Positions 1-45,289 of a stretch of 64,000 nt of DNA are shown piece by piece. A program made the translations under genes and the position numbers. The notes under the pieces are model-generated. The model searched no databases, had not been told where the DNA came from, and saw nothing but the letters and a program-made list of their open reading frames with translations. Origin of the DNA: Eledone cirrhosa (Eukaryota); the NCBI GenBank assembly GCA_964016885.1, contig OZ024741.1, forward strand, positions 77,624,001-77,688,000. The letters are read 5' to 3'. Numbering within the stretch: position 1 is the first letter of the stretch; each line of letters opens with the position of its first letter.

Positions 1-779
1 CTGGTGGTCACGCATAAATAGCAAAACAGCTAGTCATTTGACACTGGCTCAACACGGCCCTTAGCGCCTCATTTTTCTTCTTGCATGCATTCTTTTGTTC
101 AATTTTTTTCATTGATATGCTCTCTTTCAGCATTTTTCCTGCTGATTCAATTTTATATATCGTCTTGCGACTAGGAAGGGGGTATTGTAGTGACCTACAT
201 TCCGAGGACTCATAGATACATTCTCTGTGCGTTGTTTGGCTCAGTTCAGCCAATTACCGCCACCGTAGGAGAATGTATCTCGACACACCGCGAGGGAAAA
301 ATTCCCCGCGTCAATTCAGAAATCTCTCTCTTGCAGCTTGACCATGCTAAGGTAAACACCACTTCTTCTTTTGCTCTGCAAGCACAAACAATATGTAACG
401 GTGAGATTTACACTTTGGCCTGTCGGCCTTCCTTGGGCCTGGCACAATGCCACATTCTTTTTATAACCTTTATATTGTTAACTTTAACTATCCAATTCAA
501 CAAACAATATACTTTGTGGATAACTTTATCTCTTTCTCACTCCAACAAATAAACATACATTCATCATAATTATCCGTGTTGATATATCCATCATTATTAT
601 ATCTTTCTGCTAAAATGGTGACTCGACGTGAGTCTTGGTGATATCTATTATTATAAACATCTGCTAAAATACTATTTGTCATTCCACAACCACATGTTGC
701 TGAATTGAGTATTTCAAACACACCACCTGCAACTCTGCTGAATTAAATATTTCAAACCAAGAATGAAAGAAAGAATTCA

Positions 780-785
780 TTTATT
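780..785 (-). promoter_or_regulatory. Candidate polyadenylation signal AATAAA of the Rpt4-like gene
   Basis: tttatt on the + strand about 100 nt past the stop; AT-rich background makes this weak. Confidence 0.3.
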
Positions 786-887
786 TTAAAGAGGAAATAA
801 AGTAGAAAAAATACACAACTACAATATTCTCATGAGTGTTTTTAGAATATGGCTTGGGAACATATTTTACTTTATTTTGTAGACTAC

Positions 888-32989
<32,102 letters not shown>

Positions 32990-33157
32990 TTTTAGCTAGG
33001 AATGCAAACCGGTGTAAACGGAAATAATTGCTATACTTTGTTTCTCGGCCGATGTGGAATTGATACAATGTTAGATGTATTTTAATCGAAAAATACACGA
33101 AATAAATATTATTTAATATTTCTTAATTATATATATATATATAGTTAAGAAATATTA

Positions 33158-33712
33158 AGGAACGATGAACTAGTTTCTAGCTGTTTGTTTACAAACAAAC
33201 CGAACATTATAATAAATGTTCGGTAAACCCATACGTACATATATATGTGTGCATGTATGTATGTATATACATACTACTGTACGTCTGTATACATATATGT
33301 ATGTACGTATACATACTTATATTTAAGTATCAGCCGTACTAAGAGTGAGAAATGAAATTTCATTTTTTCCATTTATCGTTTTCGGTACTCCCGGCCGACT
33401 AACTCACTCGATATGCAAATTAGGCTGCTGAGCCGTTAATATGCATAGGAAAGTATATACTTTCAAACGTTCAATCGACTGACAGGAAGGTATACGGTGC
33501 TGATGACAGCTAATAAGCTAGAAACTAGTTCATCGTTCCTTTGTCAGTGTTGAACAAAATGGCAACGTTGGTTGCCGAACACTGTACGGCTTAATTCGGG
33601 CTGTTTGTTTACAAACAAACCGAACATTATAATAAATGTTCGGTAAACCCATACGTGCATATATATTTATGTATATACATACTACTGTACGTCTGTATAC
33701 ATATATGTATGA
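33158..33712 (+). repeat. Hammerhead-containing ~420-bp tandem unit (retrozyme/pLTR-like)
   Basis: 33180-33300 recurs at 33600-33710 and partly at 34868-34920; inverted partial hammerhead at 33158-33182; diverged copy at 63528-64000. Confidence 0.75.
33494..33536 (+). ncRNA. Minimal type-I hammerhead ribozyme in tandem repeat unit
   Basis: acggtg CTGATGA cagctaataagcta GAAA ctag TT catcgt; palindromic tetraloop CTAG. Confidence 0.72.
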
Positions 33713-33715
33713 TAC

Positions 33716-34867
33716 TATAACGGCGGCGAAGATTCGAAACCGAATCTGAGTTTTCCCGCTTCTGGGACAAGCCGTGGTAAGTTGTTTACGCTCAAGAGAC
33801 TAACCCCTTGGGAGAGGCTAAACACAGGTCAGAGGTGTTTACGTTTGACAGGATATATCCATCTTTCTGAGTTGTTTACGCTTGGCAAACTAATCCCTTG
33901 GGAGACTCTAACCAAAGTTCAGAGGATATATCTATCCTTCTAACTTCAACTCTTATAAATACAGGGGTTGTTTACGCCCCAACAGAAAAAGGAGTGATAT
34001 ACAGACAAGACAAATCGCATTTACAAGCTCTCGTCACGAAAAACCAGTCTGTCACTTATTCTCACCTTCCTGGCTGATCGCTGACTCCTACTACTAAAAC
34101 AAGCAAATATACTGATACGCACACACGCATTCATAGTGTGTTCACACTGTTTGTATTTTCACACGCACCATTTCTGTTTATACATATTGTATCTGTAGCA
34201 AGAGTTGCTTCCCTTGTTGTGACGATCACATCAGTAGCGCTCTCTAGACAGGAAGTAGCTGGAGTTACTTCCCGTTGATGTGGCAGAACCTTCTTTGTCA
34301 CTTCCGTCCAGGGACCCTATAAAGGAGAGAGCTGAAAGCTAACTCCCTCTCTTCTAACCTGCCTGGTCCTTCAGCCAGGCGCGTTCGCCGAGGCTATACT
34401 CTCTGGCAACCTGAACATGGTAATGAAAAGACCTCTTGGTCTCAATGCACGCTGACTTCAAAACGGTAATACAACTAACTTTAATTCATCCTTTCATCTC
34501 TCTTGGCATGTCAACTATTCTGCTCTACATAACTCAACCTTGTTAAATAAACATTGTACATACAGCCGAGTGTCTTGTTATTTTCATACAACCCAGTATC
34601 CTGTTATATATCTTTCGGATACAGTACAAATTATATTATAATCGTATTCTGTGATACTTGAATTTACGTGGCTCGAAGAACCACCAAATTATTGTATGAA
34701 TATTTTTTTATATTGATTTTAATCATTCAATATTCAAATTGAATATTGTTATAATAAAATAAACTTTGTAACAACACAATCCTGGTATTTTTCTTTAGAT
34801 CGAAAGCACCATACCAACAGTTACATCCATCCACTTATCGTTACAACCACACAAATATTCCGTTACA
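33716..34867. mobile_element. Probable solo LTR
   Basis: Ends t(a/g)taacgg ... ccgttaca; near-TSD gatac/catac; TATA-like ctataaagg near 34317 and AATAAA near 34546; interrupts a repeat that resumes at 34868. Confidence 0.55.
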
Positions 34868-35103
34868 CATACTAGTGTACGTCTGTATACATATATGTAT
34901 GTACGTATACATACTTATATATATATATATATTATTAGGTGGGTAATTTATAGTTACTAGCGGCGACGCTGGTCCAAGCACCCGATGCTGTTACTGTGTC
35001 CGTCTCTCGTTGGGTTGTGCTCCAGGTTTAAGGCGACAGTAGTTTGCAGAGTGTATGTAAAGTGATAATAAGAATTGCAGCTTTTTGTAAACTTTATTAC
35101 ATA

Positions 35104-35640
35104 TTAGCTGATGCACCCAGCTTTGCCCGGGTACACATGATAAGAGTACACAAAAGAAAAGAAAATGACTGTATTTGATGTTTGTCTGGTTTACAGTATG
35201 AGGCAAGACCATGGTGTGTATGTGTGTGACAAAAAAAAAAAAAATAATAAACAGTAAAAGACCCTCCAGATACACCAAATTCTTCGTTTTTACCGTTCGT
35301 GCATAGTATATGAAGATTTTTAGATGTTTTTACTCGTGAACAACCTGCATATAACTGTCCATGGGTAAAAACTGATTCTCTCATATTCAATTCTACAACT
35401 TTTAGACTTTGAGCTTGAGCTTTATTTATGGTCAGAGCAAAACTGGGTCTAACAGTGAACTGAAGTCTTGATAATTTGAATGGCAGTTCGGTAGAGGAAG
35501 GGATAAGAGGAATCTTGGGAATAAATGCATTTTCTCCTTGATGAGTGCCTCTAGGAGATGGTTCATCATCCACCTGACTGTAAAATGTGTGCCATTGCAT
35601 AGAAGTAGCGGGTCCACATTTCTCGAAAGGATGATGCAAG
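35104..35640 (-). mobile_element. Helitron 3' fragment (PIF1-type helicase C-terminus and terminal hairpin)
   Basis: FIPKIPLIP..LPFKLSRLQF.VR.SFALTINKAQ.QSL...VFTHGQLY.GCSRV; subterminal cccgggcaaagctggg hairpin then CTAA (degenerate CTAG). Confidence 0.85.
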
Positions 35641-36434
35641 TTTCAATATTTTATATTAAATGTAGATATAGATATAGATAATTATATATAGATATAGATG
35701 TAGTGATGGGGGTCACTATTATGTAGTGGATAGATGTAGTCTTTGCAGGATGAATGATAACAAGAATGATGCAAGAATTATGATGTTGACAATGTTTATT
35801 TTATAATAACAAAATTCACTTGTTGGTACATTGAATATCGAGTAATAAAATTGTGACAGCAATTATCACTACATTATTTTCTTATTAGCTACTTCGAGCT
35901 AGCGTGTATGCGTGTATCAATAAAACGATACAATAGAAGTGAAATAACAGGAAGACGAAAGAGTATGGAAAAATATAAGTAAACCTACTGCGTGTGTCTA
36001 TCCTTAGCATACATAGTTGGTCGATCTGCCGAGCTGGTATGAAATGTGAGAACCTGTAAGGCCAGGAGAGAGAGTAAAAGATCTGTAGAAAGTGAATGGG
36101 CTGCATCGTTAACCTCTCACAGACTACTGCTTCGTGGTCTCTCTGGTGGACTCTCTAAGTACTTGTATTTATAATAACCCTATAGCTAGAAGGATGTGTA
36201 TATGGGTTGATTTAGGAGTAGCCATGGGTGTGTTTCATCTGTCAAGAGCCTGGGGTCACAGGTCAAGTAGTATGTACATTTATCATAGTTGTCTCTTGAC
36301 AGGACAATCGTGGAAATTCCCAACAATAGGTGGTTTTAGAGACGAGAACCATCAGATTTGGTTTTGAATCTTCGCCAGGTAAAACATAGAAGTATTCCAT
36401 TACATAGATAATCTATATATATATTTGATGATTG

Positions 36435-38600
36435 GAAACAGGAGCTAGCTCATCACCACATCAACAGTGAGGAACACAACTAATGCTGCAGTAGGAGGAG
36501 TGGGTTTTGTGTTCAGTACAAGATCCAATCTATTAGTGATGGAAATCACACCTGTTTCCCCACAAGTGTTGAGGGTGACCTTCAATGGAAAATCAAGGCT
36601 GACAGTCATCTCAGCCTATAGTCCAACTGAGGGGGACAGTGATATGAGCACAGAGGAGTTCCATGAGGAAGTGTATAGAGCTGTCAACACCATACCAGCT
36701 CATAACCTCCTGCTTGTTCTGGGTGAGTGACTTCAATACACATCTGAGTAAGGAGAGCAGTGAAGATCCTTGCTGGTACTTCCATAAGAACACCAACCGA
36801 AACGGAAGACTACTGGGGGACACTCTGCTGGAGGCGAACTTGATGGCAACCAGCCTAAGGTTTAGGAAGAATCCGGGGCAGATGTGGACCTACATCTCTG
36901 ATATGCACCTGTCCAAGTCTCAGACTGATTTCATTCTGGTGAGGAAGAAGTGGCAGAATAGTGTTCTGAACACAGAACCATACAATTATTTCAGTACACT
37001 GGGCAGTGACCACCGGCTTGTTATGAGTAAGGTCCGGGTGGGCTTAAGAAAGAGTAAGGCTGAGCCCCGGAGAGCAATATGACTGGGGAGCTTTCTAGGA
37101 AGATGATAAGCTACAGGAGAGGTACATAGTAGAAGTAAGGAACAGGTTCAGTGCTCTGTGTGGAAGGGCAGAGGAGAGAGAGATTGGAGGGACTGAGGAG
37201 AGTGTGACGAGGAGGTACAGGTACTATATCAATGCAGTGGCAGAAGCAAGTGAGGCCCTGGTGCCGAGGAGAGAGAAGAAGAGGAAGACCATCAGCTCTG
37301 CAGACCTAAAAGTGTGTGCAGCCAGAGAACACCTGAAAGCTGCCAAGGAACAATGCCATGCTGATCCTACAGAGAAGAAGGAGAATATGGAGGTGATGAA
37401 GGAAGAACTCTGTACCGCTTACACTAAGTCCAGAGAGGAGGTGCTGATAGAGAAGATCAGAAGTGTGGAGAGTGCGGTTGACAGGCCTAGGTGTAAAGAG
37501 AGCTGGATGATCAGCAACAAAATCACAGAGAGGAAGTGAGGGAGTTCAAGTCAGATCCAGGGAACAGGGCCCGTGGATAGAAGGAGGAAATGGCTGGACC
37601 ATTTTAAGACCCTACTAGGAGAGCCGCCTTCCACAGCCCAGAACACTGCGGAGATCAGGCAGCTGTTTGAGGAACTGAATATTGAGAGAGAAGCTTCAGA
37701 GAGCCAAGAAGAAGATTAAAGAGGGCAAGGCCCGTGGAGAAGATGGAGTGGCATGAGAGGTGATGAAGAGGTGTGATTTTGATATCATCCTGAAGTTCTG
37801 TAACCAGGCACTGAGGAAAGGAATTGCCCCGAATCAGTGGAGGATCAGTAACATCGTCCCAGTGCCAAAGGCAGATCTCTCTAACACCAACAACTACAGG
37901 GAGATCTCACTGATGTCACTTGTGGCAAAGACCCTCAACAGGATGATTCTTAACAGGATCCAGCCCGCGATGGAGAAGAAGCTTATGGACAACCATAACA
38001 GCTTCAGAGAGGGAAGACCAACCACCAGTCACATCCTGATGCTGAGGAGGATATTAGAGAGCTAGAGCAAAGAGCCTTCCTGCTGTCATGGTTTTCATTG
38101 ACTTTAGGAAAACTTTTGATTTTGTGAACCATCACTGCCTGATGAAGATTCTACATGGAATCCCCAAGAAGATAGTGGACCTGATATCAATGCTCTACAC
38201 CAACACCAGAGCTCAAGACCTGATGGGATGACGGAGTTCTTTGAGATATTGGCTGGAGTGCTCCAGGGAGATACATAAGCTACCTACCTTTTTATCATTG
38301 CAGTGGACTATTGTATGCACCTTGCACTGGAGAAACACCAGGATTCTGGCTTTACTGTAGCACTGGCTCAGAGCAGGAGAGTTAAGAAAGATATCAGATG
38401 CTGAATTTGCTGACGACATAGTTCTGGTGACAAATAGTTCTGGACATGCTCACTGACATTCAGAGTTGACAATGCACTCAGTGCTCCTGTGGAACCCCTA
38501 CACAGACACACTAGAAGAGGGAGACCGAGGTTGATGCCCTAAGGACAGACACTGGTCTTTGGCGGCATTGATGAAGGTCAGACACTGCTGTAGAGAACTC
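36435..38600 (+). mobile_element. Decayed RTE-like LINE (APE endonuclease and RT)
   Basis: VISAYSPT, DFN, SDHRLV, NNYREISL, F.DF.K.FD, GVLQGD and FADD remnants. Confidence 0.8.
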
Positions 38601-39319
38601 GTCCATGTATCTCTAGATAGATAGATAGATATATAAAATTCTCTGTCTTTCTGTCTTTTCCTTATGCATTCCCAAACGGCTCAACCAATTCAAATCAAAT
38701 TTTACAATTAGACCCTGAAAGTATCAACATATATTTTTTATTTTCTAACTTTATAACATCAAAGAAAAACATCCCGGATATGCTAACCAAGCTGAACGCT
38801 ATTTCTAGCAGGCTAGGAATCAGCCATAAGGGATTCTTTCTGCGCGTTAGTTGTCAATGATTGTTTCGCAGCCAGTGTCTCTGATTCGAACGCTGGTTTA
38901 CACACACATACACCTATATCATTATATAATTATCTATATCTATATCTATATCTATATATATAAATGAAAGTTGAATCATGTCTGTCCGTGTGTCAGTCTG
39001 CTCGTGAGATGAATGAGTTAAAATGAAGGAAGTGGGATGGTGAAAATTCTACAGGGAAAAAAACAAATCAAACAGCATTTCAATTTTTGCACAAAGCTCT
39101 GTGTGATTATATATGTGTGTGTGTGTATGTGTGAATGTATGAGTGTATAAAAGGGAGGAATGGGGGATGGTGTCAAAAACCATCTACAGGAGAATGAACT
39201 AGTATAATATAAAATATATTAGTCTCTTGATTTTTTCATAGCAAAAATATCTTTTCCAGTACAATCATTATAAGTTACTGTCATATTGAATGAAGAGAAG
39301 TGAACATACACACACACGT

Positions 39320-39935
39320 ACACCAGTCCAAATACAGAGAAGCCGAATTCCCACTGTCGTCGCCTCCATCTCTCTCGCCCTCCTCATCTCTCTCTATTAA
39401 GAGCAAATAGGGTCACATGCGCTGGCCACCCCACGGCCCCGGTGGACATAATAGAGAAGGTGTTTCCCTGGAGGATGGTGAGGAAGATGCACTAGAAGAG
39501 CCATTCCTTCTTGCGAGGTTCATACCTGCAGCTAGCCAGCTTAGCACTTATGGTGGTGAGTAGGGAGGTAGCCCTAGGGCCAAGGACACTAGAAGTCTCC
39601 ACTGCTAGGGGCTCGACTGCAAACCTGTGGGGGAGTTACTGATAATCAGAGAGTTTACATTCCTCAGCCTAAAGAGCCTGGGTTAGTCGCAGACTGCACC
39701 AGGTTGCTGCTGGAAAATGCATTGTTGCATGTGGCATCTCAGATGAGGGGTTTACCACCATGGAACAGGAAGATGGTCATGCTGCCTGACCTTTTGCCGT
39801 CTCCTCAGTCCAGCCCCTCCGGTTCGAGCTGGAAGGGAAGCCTGCATCATCCAAGCCATGCTTTATGACATTGTTGAGAGCAGCATGGCATGGAAGGTGG
39901 CCAACACTGTAGCAACAGGAAAGCGGGTGGAAGCT
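39320..39935 (-). mobile_element. 3' fragment of a related CRE-like element (REL domain)
   Basis: Homologous to 41480-41990; keeps the LDRGDGKRSG (RPDG-like) segment that is deleted in the longer copy. Confidence 0.75.
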
Positions 39936-39944
39936 GAAATTTTC

Positions 39945-40148
39945 AATACTATGCACGAACGGTAAAACGAAGAATCTGGAGTATCTGGAAGATTTTTTAC
40001 TGTTTATTTATTTATTTTTTTTGTCACGCACATACACACCACCGTCTCACCTCATACTGTAAACCAAACATTCAATACGGTCATTTTCTTTTCTACCAGT
40101 CTCCATTTATTATCTGTTTACCTGGGCGAAGCTGGGTACGTCAGCTAG
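39945..40148 (+). mobile_element. Helitron 3' end (same family as 35104-35320)
   Basis: Homologous sequence ending cctgggcgaagctgggt...CTAG|t. Confidence 0.75.
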
Positions 40149-40631
40149 TTGTATATAAATGTGTATGTGTGTGTGTGTGTGTGTGCATGTATGTGTGTTT
40201 GTGTGTGTGTAAACCAGCGTTTGATTTTGAGACGCTGGCTGCAAAACATTTGTGTATATATGTATGTGTAGATGCGTGTGTGTTTAATTCTCTGTGTATC
40301 TGATTAACTATTTAGATGAAGATGTGTGTGTATGTAACTTACTGAGGTGTAACATACATAACAGATGCGCAAACACACATGCACTCACAGACACATACAT
40401 ATACAAAATGTGACGTCGTTGTCATGTTATGAAGTATCCGTTTACTTATAGTTGTCTATAGTAGATTATTTTAGATAGTGTTATATTGTTTTAATCCAAA
40501 TGAAAATAAAAGTTATATGTTGACACTCCTGGGGTCTAATACTATTACTTTGTAAAATTTGATTTGATTTGGTCAAGCTGTTTGGGAATGCAGAGGAACA
40601 GACAGAGAGACAAAGAATTTTATATATATAG

Positions 40632-40716
40632 AGATTACAAATTGTTTCCATATCGATCAGCTCAGGTTTGATCATGCGTTTAGATCTCGACTCTTAATGG
40701 ACACTTCTTCAGATAT
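40632..40716 (-). ncRNA. Hammerhead-like motif (family of 12202-12286), degenerate
   Basis: atat CTGAAGA ... GAAA caatttg TA atct; shares the upstream ataactggacatatgtcaacagtttggatggg. Confidence 0.45.
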
Positions 40717-41299
40717 AAGAGTTTATGTGGGTGTCCCCATCCAAACTGTTGACATATGTCCAGTTATATATACATGTTATTGGGTTCTGGTGGGTGGGAG
40801 TGTAGCGAAATCTGTCCGCACCTTGACCCCTGGGTGACATTTAACGGTCATTTTTTTGGGTTATCTCCTTTCGGTGTCAACAAATTTGAGAGTGGACAAC
40901 CTCTAGAGGTCACCCTTTTGTTCTCAAGGCTTGGGGACAGAGGAAGTGATAGAGATAAATAGCCTGCCTTGGTAACAGTTCGAAGCAGTTCTTGATAGAA
41001 TAAACATGTGAACTATTGCTTCCTACAGACCCTCTTGGGGTCTTACAGATTCTTACTCTCTCTCTTAATGAAGTCTGTGAAGTTCATGAAGTTTTCTTGC
41101 TAAATACGAACTTAACTCTACTTTTACAAACAAACAAATAATGTCCATAATTCTTGTGTATTTTTCGTACAACTTCGGCATGAGCTATTTTCAATAAATT
41201 GATAATATAGCAGATTGGTGTTATCATGGTTCATTTATATATATTCATTTTCTGCATGATCAAGGAACTATCATCATCATCTTATTGAACACTTACTCA

Positions 41300-44200
41300 C
41301 TTTTTTTTTTTTTAATATTCAAGTGTCTTTAATCAGAAAACAAGAAAACATAAATTAAGGAATATAACTAATAGTAAGCTAGAGACAATTGCTTAAACAA
41401 CCAACTAGGGTTAACTCAATCCCATTATTGCACAAGGGCTAGATGAACACAACCACAAGGATATGGTCCGAACGTGGAAGAGCTGAACTCCCACTGTCAT
41501 CGTCTCCATCTCTCTCGCCTTCCCCATCTCTCCGTATGATGAGCAAATGGGGTCCCACGTGCTGGCCTGCCTACAGCCCTAGCAGACAGAATGGAGAAGG
41601 CGTTTCCCTGGAGGATGGTAAGGGAGATGCACTGAAAGAGCCATTCCAACTCACGAGGCTCACACCTGTGGTTGGCCAGCTCAGCACCTATGGTGGTGAG
41701 TAGGGAGGTAGCCCTAGGGCCAAGGACACCAAAAGTCTCCACTGCCAAGGGCATGACCGCGAACCTGTTGGACAGCAAGTTTAGCCTCCTCAGCCCAATG
41801 TGCAGCAGTACCTGGGTTAGTCGCAGACTGCACCAGGTTGCGGCTAGAGAAAGTGTCGCTGCAAGTGGCATCCCAGATGAGGGGAAGCCTGCAGCATCCA
41901 AGCCATGTTTATGACCTTGTTGAGGGCAGCACGGCATGGAAGGCGGCCGGCACTGTGGTGACAGGAAAGCGCGTGCAGGCCGAAAGAGTCCACAGTGGAT
42001 CCAAAGCGACATTTATGTGGCTCGAAGATCCGGAGGCCAAGCCTCAAGGAAATGCCTATGTGCAGGCTATTGTTATCCAGTTGCGTGCCAGTGGAGAAAG
42101 AGGGCAAAGCATGGAGTAAGGCATCATTGTGGGGTTTGGGGCCGCGCGCAAACAGGCAAGGCAGTGCTGGTCGAGCTGGCGTGTGAGCCTGTCTGAGGCC
42201 AGGCTGCACTGAATGGCATCCCAAATGCTTTGAGGGGACTTGACGTCAGCAGGGGGAGAAGGGGGAGGGCCGTCTACTGGACTAAGTCCCAGCCGGTCCC
42301 ACATTTCACAGGTAGCCTCACGTTCCCCCGATTACAGAGGGCTCCATTGTGTTTTGGCGAACCCTGCTGATGAGGATGCGGCATGAGGTTACCAACGAAA
42401 AAAACGCCAGCAAAGCCAACGAGATCGGGGAACGGAAACCAAGGCCAGAATATCTGACACGTAAAGTGGCCTGTTACCATCCAATGTCGTCAAACCTGAT
42501 GTTGCATATCTCCTCAGCTGCCGCTCGGATACAAGTATCGAGTCAGCGAGGATAGATGCATGGCTGTAGCACGGAGCGCTGCGAAGGGTATAGAAGAACT
42601 TCGGCATGGCGAAGCAGTTCCTCAACAGGAAGAGTGCTGGGTGGCCATCAATCAAGCCCAATCAGCTCGTGAGGGTCCTGAGTTGCTAGAGTCTGGACCT
42701 GACGGTGGGGCGGATGGCCGGCGGGTGGAACTGTGACCCGAGGATGAGGACATCCTCTTTGGGGGTCACTTGTACCTGGTGGAGAATGGACCGCACATCT
42801 GAGATGGAGGCTGCAAAGCTCTCAGCATCGTGGCTGACATTCACCACCTCCGACTTGGATGAGTTGACCCGAAGGCCGATTCCCGCCAGGTCAGGAACCA
42901 TCGATTGTAGGTCATGGCAGACAGTCTCTACGAGTCCGCCCAATGTAGCATCATCCAGGTACCAAACGTTGAGAGGGGCCTTGATACTCCGGGCAATGTT
43001 GTTTATACCAAGGGCAAACAGGAGGGGGGGCCAAAAATTCACTCTGTTGGTCCCCAGTGGCCGAAGGTATGATCGTATCAGCAGCAAGGATAGGTAGGCC
43101 AGCGGGTAGGCAGAGGGGGCTCGGCTGAGGCAGGCATCGAGCAGATGGTCCCGGCACATGCAGTTAGAGGCAATCCTCATGTCAAGCTTGACAGTGAGGT
43201 GCCTGGAGTCCCTGGATGCCGGTTCCGGTGGGTAGCTGTTGAAGAATTGCCTGGTTGCATGTGCGGCCCCCTCACAGCCACCGGACATGCCAACACCCAG
43301 TTGGATCAGACTGAACTCCTCACCCAGCCTCCAGAAGACATTGCCCACAGCGATGGGGCATATGCCACCCTCTTTCTTCCTGTGAGTGGTCAGGCTAGCC
43401 GAAAAAAAGAGGCCTCGGGTGAGCGCCATGGATAAGCCTATTGGTGAGTGCCATAACTGCACTCAGAAGGTGGCGCCCGGCCTCAGTGGAGAGGGGGGAT
43501 AGCAACTCCTTGAGGTGGCTAGGTCGGAGACCATCAGTACCTCTGCTATTGCTAGCTGGGAAGGACTTGATGGCAGACATGATATCTGCGTCGGAAGACA
43601 CAAGGAGCAAGTGGGGAGCAGGTGGGAGGGTATGGGTTTGAGGTCAGCGGGTGGCTCAGGGTGCTTGAATCACAGGGCAGCCAGGACCTCCTCGGTGGGT
43701 TGGAGGACAGTGTCCTCTGAGGCAACCACTCTGACTGTGGCTGAGACATCACCCATGATTAGTTTAGTGTTTACATGGTCACGTAAATGCTTGGCGCTGG
43801 CCTCAGGGGTGGAGGAAGGATTGAAGGCACTCGAGAACAAGGGGTGTGGCATCTTTCGGCACGCTGGGGATGGGCGCCTGAGCTGAGCGATGTTGACTAG
43901 TGAGGCTTGAGCATCAGATAAGCTTGTTGTCTCATCTGGTGGTATGCCAGATGGCCGTGGCTGAGCAGACGAGGGGAAGCGACAGTTGCTGCATCTCCAT
44001 GCTGCGAGGCCTTGGAGGCTCGACGCGCCCAGCCAACACAGGTGAGTTGGTGGAAGCAGCCGCATCCCGAACAGTTCTGGCCCCTCTTCTGTCTGTTTGT
44101 GGTGCTGCAAGTGCTGCAGGTGTCGACTTGTGGGGATACAGGATGGGGCGTGGAGCCAGGGACTGGGCACCAAGCGGCATCAGGAGTGGGTGGCTGGTTG

Positions 44201-44300
44201 TCATCAGCCTGGATGCTAGGCTCAACTGTATGTGGGTGGAAGGGAAAGTGCTGGTATGAATGAGGCCTCATAGCTCACCTACACCAGATCTGGAGGCAAC
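41300..44300 (-). mobile_element. CRE-like non-LTR retrotransposon (RT and REL endonuclease), decayed, poly(A)-tailed
   Basis: GTDGLRP, PIAVG..WRL, QLGVG..GGCE, WYLDD, PLAVETFGVLGP, Q.IS..I..GNA; T-run at 41300-41312 is the poly(A) tail. Confidence 0.8.
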
Positions 44301-44634
44301 AGAAGACAAGATAGAAAAGAAAGGGGGTGCATGGAGAGGGACACACAAGAAAGTAGAAAATTAGTAAATAAATAAATGAATTAATGAATGAACAAATAGT
44401 TGTTCCCAGTGGAAAGACCCAGAGTTCTGCAAAACACATGCAACCTCTGGTCACACTCTATCACACAACAGTGACCACACAACACAGCAAATTATAAAGA
44501 ATTGTAATTGGGATGGGCATAAAATTTTCTTTAGATGAAATTATAAATATCAAAATCAGGAAGAATGAAAGGGAAAAAAGAGAAGCAGCAGTTAAGTGGT
44601 TTGCAGGAATTCGAAGAAGGTCAGCCAGTACAGT

Positions 44635-44797
44635 ATAATTGTTTCTACTTTTGGCACAAGGCCAGCAATTATGCAGTACATTATTGGTACTTTATTTTAT
44701 CAACCCCGTAAGGATGAAAGACAAAGTTAACCTCGATAGGATTTGAACTCAGACCGTAAAGGGACATAACTATGCTAGAAAGCATGGCGTCCAGCCC
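44635..44797 (-). mobile_element. tRNA-derived SINE next to (GAA)n
   Basis: Reverse complement of the 16547 family; (GAA)n at 44801-44850. Confidence 0.75.
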
Positions 44798-45289
44798 TCT
44801 GAAGAAGAAGAAGAAGAAGAAGAAGAAGAAGAAGAAGAAGAAGAAGAAGAAATGGAGCTATTTTGAAGTTAGGAGAGATGAGGTGAAAAAGAATAAGGAA
44901 TAAAATGAATAAAATGAAATAAGGTGAAGCTCACACCTGCGAGTAGCCAACTCTGTGCCAATGATGTTGAGTAGGGAGGTAACCCTAGGGCCAAGGACAC
45001 CAGAAGTCTCCACTGTGATGTTTCTTCACTTGAGATATGTTTGTAAAAACAATTAACTTGAATGAGAATACTGAAAAAACTTTGCAGAAATGCTGGACAA
45101 TGGTAGTAAATGTTAGGAAAATGCCCAGAAAAAAATAACGAATTACAATAGCTGTTTTATAGTTTTTAGCTACTTTTGGGTTGTATATTACTATATTTAT
45201 TTGTGTGTTATACACACTTCTATTACCATAGATTTTTAAACCTTATAATTATGGATGCATTTTATACACAAGAACTAGCTTGATGCACA

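Noticed and set aside
8-721. Short ORFs downstream of the Rpt4-like stop
   Set aside because: No recognisable domain or convincing splice structure; left unannotated.
33180-33975. Short repeated units as a possible CRISPR array
   Set aside because: Eukaryotic context, irregular spacing, no unique spacers and no cas genes.
34363-34380. tggtccttcagccagg resembling a BEL/Pao primer-binding site
   Set aside because: Internal to the putative LTR, not preceded by an LTR end, and no gag follows.
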